The notes under the pieces are model-generated. The model saw nothing but the letters and a program-made list of their open reading frames with translations. It made no database searches and was not told the origin of the DNA. From the NCBI RefSeq assembly GCF_004010195.1, contig NC_057756.1:4185603-4249602 (forward strand): a stretch of 64,000 bases of DNA, read 5' to 3'. The translations under genes and the position numbers were made by a program. How positions within the stretch are numbered: the stretch's first letter is position 1; the number at the start of each line of letters is the position of its first letter. Below are positions 39,301-51,300 of this stretch, in pieces. Origin of the DNA: Chiloscyllium plagiosum. Its lineage: Eukaryota.

Positions 39301-42300
39301 AGAGTAATGCTAAAAGTACATGAAACAATTCTTTCGCATATGTATAATGTGAAGATATTCATTTCTTGAATATTCTTGAAATACTGCATAACACGAAAGG
39401 AGATAATTAAGAATTTTAACAACAGGAGGCGTGTAACACATGTTTCATGAATATTTTATAATAGGGTGCACTCGTAATGTGAGGAATAGGTTAAACTAGC
39501 AGTACAACTTCTTACAGTATGGATCAACAGTAAGTGCATGAATAATTTCTGAAAAAGAAACGCTGTCATATTAATCTCAGTTGTGATGTTTCCTTTATGG
39601 GATATTAATAAGCATTAAATCCATGACTTTTAAAATGAAAAAAATGGGAAAATCCTGTCAACGGTGGAACAGTACATCCATATTAATCATTGCGCATTGA
39701 TCCGAACATTTGCATGAACAAGAAATGTGTTTTTATTCTTGTATTTGCTGAAAAAAAATATATCCGAGCCACAGAATGGCGAACATCACCAAACTTCACT
39801 CAAAAAGCTCCCCTATCCTCTCACAAAAAGAGCTGTGGAATTTTCATGATGGTGATGCCACCTTGGAAATCCATAACAGGCGACCTGCCAAATGAAATAA
39901 CCTTCAATGTGGACCGACTTGTTCAGAACCATTGCGCATAATACTGTAGACTGTTATCTGAAATAAATGGCTGTTGTCCGTAATGGCTCAAACTTATTTT
40001 TATTGGATTAGAAAACATCTTGCCTGTCTTACCATATGTCTCTGGTGGGATTCAGGAAGAGTGGAAAATTGGAACTCAAAGATGACAAAGATTCTGCAGT
40101 CCATGGAATCAGGAATAATCTTTGGAAATGCTTCAGAAGCTCTAAAGGATTTGCAATGTCTACTCGGAAAGAAATACTGAATAGTTAGTGGGTGATGTGA
40201 CTCATTCTCAAAAAAGGAAACAGTTGGAAAAGTTTTTATTTTTAAAAAAATCTGTTCCCTGAGTTAAAGGAATAGTGTGTAGTGCAAATGATGAAGATTT
40301 CCTGTTAAAATAATATAACCAAATTGCTAACATTTGCAAAGACCTATACATAGTACAAATAGGTAAAGCTGTTAGATGTCAACTTGGAAAAAATGATATA
40401 TTTTGCTGTGGAAGGAGTAAATTTTAAAAAATGCTCTGAAACACAATTAATGACAAAGAAATGTGCCCAGCAGTATTCAAAAATAGATGTGGTAAGCACA
40501 GATTTTAAAGCAAAAATGTTTTCTTTTATTGCTTAGACATCTTTAGCATCTTGAAACAAATCACCTTCAGGTTCAACAAGGTGAAGCCAATATAATCGGA
40601 AATGAAATTCAATTAGTCAATCTTCTAAATTGCAAAATTGAACAATCAATACAGTCAGTCATGATTTTAGTTATATACTCCTTTACTTTTCCATGTTTCG
40701 AGGACGTATTTACAATATACAACGCTCACACAATAGTCACGGAAAACACGTTTGCTGTTTCCATGCAGAACTTTATATATACATGTATATTCATATGCAG
40801 CAAATAAGGAACACGAATATGGGTTATGCCAAAGGTTTCTTTATTCACACAATATCAGCATTTGTTATAACTAAGAGAAATTTTTAGATGGTCTTCAATG
40901 TTATTTATTTAACATCTTCAATGTGGTATGGACTGTGATGCTGGTTCTTTTTTCGAGAACAGAACATTCAACAGTGAATTGAGTGCAAATTATCTTTGAG
41001 GTGGTTTTGCAGAATCGTCAGAAAACAGCGTATTATAAAGGAAAAGTTTCCAAAATGCGATCAATAGAGTTGTTCGGCAAAGCCAGGTCAACGACAAGAC
41101 TCAGTCGAACTCTGTCACACTGACGGCATACTTCTGTCAGGTCATGAGAGGGTAATGAATCATAATATACATCGTGATGCAACCGGTGTTCAAAGGCGAG
41201 ATTCATCATGAAGAAAATGAGAAAGTGGATAAATATTGAATGAGAGGTATGGGAAAGAACTGTTGAACTCCACGAAGTGGATATTACTCTTGCCCTTAAG
41301 TGAAAGCATACAAGTTTTGGGACTACATGTATTCCGTGAAATATTTAACAGGGCAATTATTGCTGAGCAGCACATTTTACAATTTGTACGATTTGGTTTG
41401 AAATATAACATTTAATAATGTGCAACAGTGCACAATTAAAACATTGTAACAACAAATTATTGGTTGAAAGTAGGGGATGTCCCTCATTGCATAGTTATTT
41501 CGAAAGAAATTGAAGAGCAGTGTCACCCGAAGAATAACAGGAGAAAAAGAAGACAAATGTTTCAAAATGCTTTTAAATACTGATGGCACATACGACCTGG
41601 TATAGATAAAACTTGTGTCGTTTTGTTGCTAAGTACTTCCAAACGTACAATGTATGCCTATTTTGATGTAAATCAACAAGTGCCGTTGACAATCTTAGGA
41701 AAAATGCAGAGGTATTTAGGGATAGGTTGTTCTGCAAATTCCTGAAATTACTGTACACGCACTCAATCAATTAGCCCGAAAGAGTTGCTGAGATGAACCG
41801 AAATGAAAAATAAATTATATTTCCTCTGGAACATGTTATTAAGGATAACAAATTAAGAAATGTGTCAACCATGGGATACATTACTGAGCAAATATAAGAA
41901 AAAGAATACGATTTCTGACTCTCAACTTACATTATCAAAACACTAGATACCTTGATAAATGCTTAATACTTGCTGAAGTTTAAAGAAAGAAATGTTAAAT
42001 TTTAGTTAATTTTGCATGATTTCTTACGCTATTCATGATTCCCGTACTTATGAGGCCTACATTGCTTCATTGTTCCAAATTTTATAAGGTAGTTTTCAAA
42101 CTGAGTAATACTATTTAACATTTTATGCAAAGTGTTTACTTTGTGCAATCGTGAGTTCAGTCGTTTCAGACTATCATCGAGAAATTTAATTGTTCCCTGT
42201 TTTCTAGCAAGCAGATTGCTCGATAAAGAGAAAGGTAACCATATGACATATCCGTCTGCAGCCTTATATGAATTCTAAGAATATGACGACCCTAAAAGTG

Positions 42301-45300
42301 AACAGCAAAGTATAATTGCATTAATTTTTGGAACCCATCGTTAAATTTATGCAGCAAGCTAAAGTAATTTTCCAGATAAAATGGCGCTTATTTTTGACTT
42401 TCTTCTTTTATGATGATAATCATCATCATTGTTTTTCCTATCTTTTATATTAGAAGTAATTAATTTGCAGGCACTGAGCGCCGTTGTCTGTCACAATTTG
42501 TAGCCTGTCTAGTTACGCATTTGAGAAATGCAGTTGTCAGCTCCATTACTGTATTCCATTTGCTGTAGGTGACTCCACAGCGTCGGTGGGGATGGCAATG
42601 TAATATGTTAGCCCAAATACCCAAATGGTATTTGCATGTCAGCAAGGTCTTTGGGTTGTTGGAGAACGTTCAAGTGACGGTATCCCCATGTATCTCTTCC
42701 TGTTATCCTTCCAGAATGAAGGATTTATGCATTTGCAGATGCTGTTTAACTAATTTGACTTATTTTTGCAGTTCCCCTTGCAAACTGTACACGTTGATCC
42801 TATGAAGTGTCACTGGCACAGTAACGAAATGGTTATAAATGTGATGCCAAACGAGAACGCTGTATTTTCATGTGTGATATGAATCCTTGTTAATGACGCT
42901 GGAGCTGTAGCTATCCAAGCTAATGGGGAGTATTCCATGACAATGCACCCTTGTAATTTCTTGATTGTGGTCAGTTGTTGGCCATTCAGCTGAATTACTT
43001 ACTGCAGCGTTCCTAGTCTCTGCCATGCTCTTGTAGGCATTGTGTTTAACTGAAAAGTTCAGTTCTGTCTGCGAATGGGTAGTCACGATGAAAAGCTCAA
43101 CATGACTACCATTCACCAAACATCATAAACCAGTTATTTGTTGTAAATGATGTGGCAGGGGAATGACATCGAAATAAATTTATGCGTCTAATTTTACCAC
43201 TACCAAAGGAGTAAACATACTTTTAACCATATAAGATGCATGCCATTCGCCATCCAAACTATACATCTTGATGTCGGACTCCTGCTCTCTCGACTAGAAA
43301 GCATACACATTATTTTGGTCAGGTCCAGACACAGACAAGTTACCCCTCCCCAGTATTTGTACCCAGCTTGTACAGTTCCGGACATATGGAAAATTCTCAT
43401 TGTTGACTCGATAAACTTTTACCCATTAAGACATCTCGCCCTCCCCTGCATCCCTTCCATTCACTCAGACATGAATTTCCATTTCATCAGCTCATTATGC
43501 AATGCCTCTTCATATTCCCTGAACTGAACAGAATAATCATGTAGAAATCGACAACATTTCCACATCGATCCAGACACAACAGCCCTTCCCATAATTAATA
43601 CAAATCCGCTCCTCTGCATCAGCATCGACAATAAATGTACATTCAACCATCTGGACAAAATGCAATTTGCATTGCGCGAGAACATCCTATTTCCTATGCT
43701 CCAGCCCATTCCTTTCTACTCATGCTTCAGGCCAGATGATCCATAAATCGCATTGGAATTGATCCATCTTCTCCCCATCTTCAAAAGCCACACCCATTTG
43801 AAGTACTAACCATAAATCCAAAGCATGACATCTCCGATATTAAGCATGCAGCCATCCTCGTCCTCTGCAACTTCTGTTTAGCCCGCTTGGACATGTTATT
43901 CACGCACAATCCCCATCTTCCTTAAGTGGTTCTTGAAGATGCAGGGCTCCTGGAGCATTGCTCTTTTGTGTCCTGCTGCAATAATTTGTAGTTTCCTGCC
44001 CAGTGTCACCCTAACAAGTTGCACCTAGCACTGATTAATTGCCATCTTGCTCACTTGGCAATTGCTGCCCTACTGGAAAGCTATCAACAATCCAAGTTGC
44101 CATGTTGGAACATGACAATTGTCGCAAAGCTTGTCCCTTTTTTTCCCCGAAAAACTGTTCCTCTTTCTCAAGGATAATGTGTCCTTGGCTTTTTTTTTAA
44201 TGTCATAAATGGGCCGGGGTCCACTTAGACTATTTTGGTACAGAAATGAAAGTATTTTGAGAGGCCTTTTATTTATATGTAAACAGAAGAGATTGCAGGC
44301 CAAAATGGTCATGCTTTAGAAATGACCTGTAAATGGAAGTGGAGTGGTCAACTCTCTAGCTGAATAGTTCAGTCCAGATCTAGTTACGATTTCTTCAGTA
44401 AGCTGCGTGGGGACAAAAAGGCTTTTGCTCTCCGCCTGCCCTTCTAACGTCAACCTGGAAGAATTTGTTCACTTTGTGCTGTGTTTTTAGGGGGTTTGAA
44501 CTCTGTGCATAATCTGAACAGCATAATTTAGTCTAATTTGGATATACTGAGTTCTATAGGAGTTCTTAAATGTGTTCTTAATAATTTTTTCTCAGTTTTA
44601 AATTCTGTTAGTAAACTTTACTAACTTATTCTCTCCTTTTCAATTTACACTTACTAAAACATGTTGCAAAGTTATGGTCTCAGCTGGCTGCTTAAGAATG
44701 TGTTGAGTGGTTTGGCCGAGTCCATACAACTAACAATGTGAATAACGACTTTTCTGGCACATCTCGGAATCTTTCAACAGATCTTTAGGTAATCGTCACT
44801 GAAGTTTCATAAAGGGTTTAGATATTACATACTTCTTGAAAGATTACCACGAAAGCTTTCATATCAACGTCTGGAATGTCCAATTATGATGGTTAAACGC
44901 GCGAGATAATTCTTTAGAACAAACCTAGACAGGTAATGGAAGTGACAATTGAAAACATATTCTGGTGCTTGAGATCACAATATTGCATTTTCAGAATTGT
45001 TACGGAAAGAAAAAAAGAGCGAGAATGAAAAAGACGTTTGGATTGGTCAAACTCCCAGATCCCCACAGGATCCCCCCACAAGTTCATAGTGCACAGCCAA
45101 TGAAATTACTGTCTTAAATTACTATCTCATTTTGTTTTTAACACATAGATGAAATTATGAATAGGCACGTCAGTATTGAGTTGGAAAGAAGAAAAGACAA
45201 GTTTTGCTTCACTCGAATAATTTTGCTTTGGATTAAAACAGGACATGATATCATGTTCTCAATAAAATTATTTCTACTCTCCAGAAATACGGAAATTAAA

Positions 45301-48300
45301 AGATGACATGTCTAACAAAGGTAAGAAAGATCATGAAACATATGATATAGTGAATATTATTCGATACGTATATGGATATTTATATGACTATACTGGTAGA
45401 GTGCAAATTGGGCGTCAAAAGCTGATTTCCTGGAACAGCACAGCTGGTCAGGCAGCATCCAAGAAGAAGGAGAGTCGACGTTTTGAGCAAAGGTCTTTAT
45501 CAGGAATATGAGGGGAAGGGGAAAGGGGACTGAGAGTTAAATGGAAGGGGAGTGAGACTGGTGAAGATAGCTGGGAATGAGATAGGTAGATTAAGGTGGA
45601 TGTTAACGGCATTTGGTCAAATAGGAGAGTGGAGCGGATGGATTGAAAGGAGGATGCGGAGATAAGAGATTTGAAGAGGGCAGTGCCGAATTGGAGTGTC
45701 GCATATGGGATAATGTGGGGAGAGGGTAGATGAGGAAACTGGTGAAATCATCCATGATCCCGTGTAGTTGAAGTGTACCAAGGTGGAAGCTGAGGTGTTC
45801 TTCTTTCAGGTATCTTTTGGTTATAATTTGGCGGTGGAGGAGGCACAGGAATTGCACGTCCTTGGCAGAGAGAGAAAGAACGTTGAAGGAGTCGGCAACA
45901 GGGCTGTGAGTGTTTCGTCTATGTGTCCCAGTAATGTTCTCTGAAATGTTCGGCCTGTTGTCGTCCTATCTCCTCAACGTAGAGGAGACCACATCGAAAG
46001 CAACAGACACAGTATATGAGGTTTTTGCAGGTGCAGGAAAATCTCTGTTGAGCGTGGAAGGATCCTTTGGGTACACTTTCTTCTATACTGACAAAGTGAG
46101 CAATACAATATCTTTAAAAATGAAAGAAATAAATTAAGTCATAACAGGAAAACCTAAACAAATCATACAAGAACCATTTCGGAATAAAATATTCCTTCAA
46201 TTTTGGACGACGGGATTCACAGATGCAGACACATGTTTATTGTTTTCCTTTTTATTCTTTTATGGTGCCAATATTAAGTGGTGATCATCGCTACATTGAG
46301 TTAGATTTCTTCAGAGTTTGAGTGTATTGCTCAATAACACATGATGAATGGGTAACAGAACTGTTGACATGGTACATCTTTGTTGAAGGAAATCAATGCC
46401 TGTGTGGTGGCAGCGAGGATTTCATTAATATGAACTGCAATGTTTTGTTTGATGCTGTTTTTCACGGATGTTTCAGTTAAGTCTTTATTTTACAATTAAG
46501 GTGTTATTTATTAAAAAAATACTGAAGGTAGTGGAATTTGAAACTTCATGAGTGGGTAGCAGTGTGACTTGAGTGCATGGGCACAAGATTTCAATTGTGT
46601 GTTATCCCACTCCGGTCATTAAACAATGGCATCGCCTGAACTGTGTAAATAGCGAAATCAGAGGTGGTAACTTCAATAAATATCAAACAGGCCATGCCTC
46701 GAATTTTCTTGGTCATAAATTCATAGCGATGTCAGCACGGAAATACTGTACAGTATTCTTCTGTCCAGATGCTTCCTGTCATAGCTATCCTAACCTATTC
46801 CTATTTGTCAAAACGTAGTTCATGCCCCTCTCAAGCCTTTCTATTCACATACCCATTAGTTGCCTGTTAAATGTTGTTACTCTACTAGACTCCAAAACTT
46901 CCTGTAGCACCTCATTCCACACAAGCACCAGCTTCTGCATGAAACAGTTGCCTCTAAAGTCACTTTTAAATCTTTCCCCTCTGAATCTCAACCTTTTCCC
47001 TGTGGTGTCTTATGTGAACAATTCTACACTTTGTAATTTAGTGTTCTCAACTGCAGGTATACTGGGATAAATTAGCAACGGGAACGGAATGATCTTCTGT
47101 AAAAATCTTTGGCACTACACGTTGAATATTACCATGTGTCTTTGATGTCTTCAACTCATTATTATTTCCAAATATTATGTCGGGTGAATTACGTTTTCTA
47201 TTTCTGTCGGGGGAAAACCTGTGAAATGAAACGAAAACGAATGAAAGAATGCAACATCTCACAAAAGATGTTTATGTAGGAGCAGGGTTGCATTTAGCAG
47301 GGCTATTGAAGTGTTTGAATTGATTAGGATGGCGTTAGTTTTCTACTTTTATATTCTTACAACATGGACGCAGGCCCTTTGGCACAACATGTCTATGCTG
47401 AACATATTTCCCAAAGAAAATAAGTCCCACTTGGTTGCATTTAGTCCAGATCTCTCAATCTCTATGCTATTCATTCACCTTTCTCAATTTATTTTGCATG
47501 TTGTACCTGCACTTTTATCTACCACTTCCTGTAGCAGATTTCTTTTACATTAAAACTAAACTCTTTTGAAAAGTTTGCACCTCACGTCATTTCAAAATAT
47601 TTCACCACACAGACAAAAATAACTCCCAAAATGTCGGGAAGACACCTCTGCTATTCACCTTATAGAGTCATAGCGTCATGGAATCAGAGAGTCCTCCAGC
47701 ATGGAGATAGGCCTTTGGGCCCAAACAGGTCCATCCTGCTTAAAATGCCCATTCACGCTAACCCCATTTCCTTGCACTTGGGCCATAACCTTCCAAATAT
47801 TTCCTGTCCATGCATTTGTTCAAATGACTTTTAAATGTGTTTAATGTATATACATCTATCAGTTCTGCTGGCAGGCCATTCCATACACATATAACACTCA
47901 GAGTAAAAGAAAGTTGGCCCTCAGTTTACATTGTATTCGTTCGGCTGTAACTTTAAACTAATGTTCTCTGATCCTCGATTCCTGAAACTTAGGAAAAAAG
48001 ACTGACTATATTGACCCTTTCGATTTCTCTCATGATCTTATACACTTCTATACGTTCTCTCCCCAGTCTTCTGTGTTATAATGGAAGACGGTGGAGTTTA
48101 TTCCCCCTCTCCCTATAATACATTACGCTCAGTCCTGGCAACATCTTTTTCAATTTCTTGTGCACTCTTTCCAGTTTAATGTCATCCTTCCGACAGCAAG
48201 GTGAACAAAACTAATCAAAATATTCCATTTGCGATCAAAAATGTACTGTTCTATTTCAACATGACTTCAAAACGTCTGTACTCAATGCTCTGACCGATGA

Positions 48301-51300
48301 AGACGAGTGTAACAGCACCCTTCTTCATTGGCCTGTCTACCTGTGCCTCTACTTTCAGAGATCTGTGCACCTGAACTCCAAGATGCTATTGTTCAACTAC
48401 ACTCCCGAAAACTCTACTGTTCAGCGTGAAACGCCTGCCTGCTTTGGCTCTCCAAAATGCAAAACCTCAGACTTATCTAGGTTAAACTCCATTGACCATT
48501 TCTCTGCCTATTTCCAACAAGAAGAAGGTCCTGTTGCAATTTCTGATAACTTACTTCACTGTCCACGACACGACCTATTTTAATGCCAGTTGCAAAATTA
48601 GTAATCATTCTATTGTACATTGTCATCCAAATCATTGATGTAGTTAACAAGTAGTAATTGCCCAGACACTGACCCCTGAGGCACACTACTCGTCACAGGT
48701 CTCCAGTCCGACTAGCATCTTTCCACTCTTACTCCGTGTTTCCAACCATCAAACCAATCGTGTATCTACTTTGTCACTACCCACTGGATTCCATACGCAA
48801 TAATCTTGCAGAGCAGCCAACCTGGTGGAACCTTCTCAAACATTATGCATAAATGGCAAGCCCCTCTGTTCTCGCCAACCTTCCTGGTCACTTCATGAAA
48901 AATTTCCAACAATCTTTGAGGCATAATCTCCTACACACAACCTCATTCTTACTCTTCTAATCAACCCCTGTATTCGCAAATGCATATATATCATATATTC
49001 TTCACAGTCTTCTCAAGTAACGTACTTACCACAGATATAAGGCTTACTGGTCTATAGTTGCAGGTTTTCTCTTTGCAGCCCGGTTTGATTGGGGAATAAC
49101 ATGCACTACCTTCCACTCTAATGCAATATGACTAACAATGATGCAAATATATCAGCTAGGGCTTCTGCAATTTCATTTCTTTTTTTTTTCTTGTGGTGCT
49201 CGTGAATATACCCAGAAAGAGTCAGGAAATCTATCTATCTTCAAACATTCCAATACATTAAACGCCTCCTCTCCTGTGATTGTACCAAAGATATCACAAC
49301 TAACAAGCTGAAAATGTGTTGCTGGAAAAGCGCAGCAGGTCAGGCAGCATCCAGGGAACAGGAGAATCGACGTTTCGGGCATAAGCCCTTCTTCAGGAAA
49401 CGTCGATTCTCCTGTTCCCTGGATGCTGCCTGACCTGCTGCGCTTTTCCAGCAACACATTTTCAGCTCTGATCTCCAGCATCTGCAGACCTCACTTTCTC
49501 CCCATCACAACTAACCACTCTAACTTCCAACGTATTCATGTCCTTCACCATGGTTAACTCAGCGAAGAGACATTCATTGAGGATGTCGCCCATCTTCTAT
49601 GATTCTACACGTATATTTCCACATTGGTCCTTCAGGGGTCCTATTTTCTCAAGTTATTCTTTTTTCGTTTAATGTACTAAACAAAATCTTCTTTTTATTA
49701 ACCATAATCCTCTCAGCCAAGGCTCTCTAGTACCCGCTATATACTACCAGGAATTCCCTTGATTCCAGCTGCCAATGCTGCAGCCCTGCCTCCTTCATTT
49801 TACTGGTCAAAATCCCAATATCTCTTGTCATACATGTTTTCCAAATATCTGTCAAACATCCCTTCACAATCACAAGAGCTTTTAGACTTTGAAACCTAGC
49901 TATTTCACTTTGAATTGACTCCCTCCTTCTCGATGTCCCTTTGCATGCAAATTAATCCTATCAATCCTGCAAACTCATGTCTAATTCCATCATAATGTAT
50001 CTTGCGCCAATTTAGAACTTGAATCTTTACACCAGTGTTGTTCCTTTCCATAACTATTTTAAAATAAAGGGCAGTCTCACAAATATTTTTTCAATTTTTT
50101 GAAGAAGTAACAAAGACTTCAGTAATGTGTTCGACAATGTCTCCTATTGGAGATTGGTTAGCAAGGTTAGATCTCATGGAATACAGGGAGAACTCGCCAT
50201 TTGGATATTGAACTGGCTCGAAGGTAGACGTCCGAGGGTGGTGGTTGATTTGTATGTGAGTATAAGAGTTATATTTAGTCAGTTTGCAGACGACAACAAC
50301 ATTGGTGGTGTAGTGACCAGCAAAGAATATTACCTCAGATTAAAACGGGATCTTGATCAGATGGACCAATGGGCTGAGAAGTGGCAGATGGAGTTGAGTT
50401 TAGATAAGTGCAATATGTTGCATTTTGTGAAAGCAAATCTTAGCAGGACTAATACACTTAATTGTAACCTCCTACGGAGTGTTCCTGAACAAAGAAAACT
50501 TGAAGTGCAGTTTCTTAACTCATTAAAAGTGTAGTCGCAGGCAGACCAGATAGTGAAGAAGGCGTTTAGTATGCATTCATTTATTGGTCATAGTATTCAG
50601 TGCAGAATTTGGGATTTTTTGTTCCGGCTGTAAAGGGCATTGGTTAGGCCTTTGTTGGAATACTGCATGTATTTCTGGTCTCTTTCCTGTCGGAAAAATG
50701 TTGTCAAACTTAATAGTGGTCAAAAAACGATTTACAAGGATGTTGCCAGGTTTGGAGGATTTGAGCTTTCGGGAGAGGTTGAATAGGCTAGCGCTATTTT
50801 CCCTGTAGCTTCGGAGCTAAAGGTTGTCCTTATAGAGGTTTATAAAATCATGAGGGTTATGGTTAGGAAAAATGGACAAAGTCTTTTCCCTGGAGTGGGG
50901 GAGCCCAGAATTAGCCGACAGAAGTTTAGGGTGAGAGGAGAAATTTGTAAAAGAGACCTAAGGGGCAGCTTTTGCACGCAGAGGGTTGTGAGTGCATGGA
51001 ATGAGCTGCCAGAGGAAGTGTTGGCGCTAGTACAATTACAATATTTAAAAGGCTTCTGGATGGGTATAAGAACAGAAATGGTTTGTGGGGAAATGGAAAG
51101 GATGCTGCGAGGTGGGGCGAAACGTGTTTGAGATATTTGGTCGACATGGACAAGTTGGACCGAAGGGTCTGTTTCCGTGTTGTACACCTCTATGACTCTA
51201 TTACTATATGAACTATGGTCACTAGTCGTGAAGTACTTCCATCACCTAAGATGCCTTATTTCCCAAGAGTAGCTCGAGTATTGCCTCTTCCCGGGTAGAA

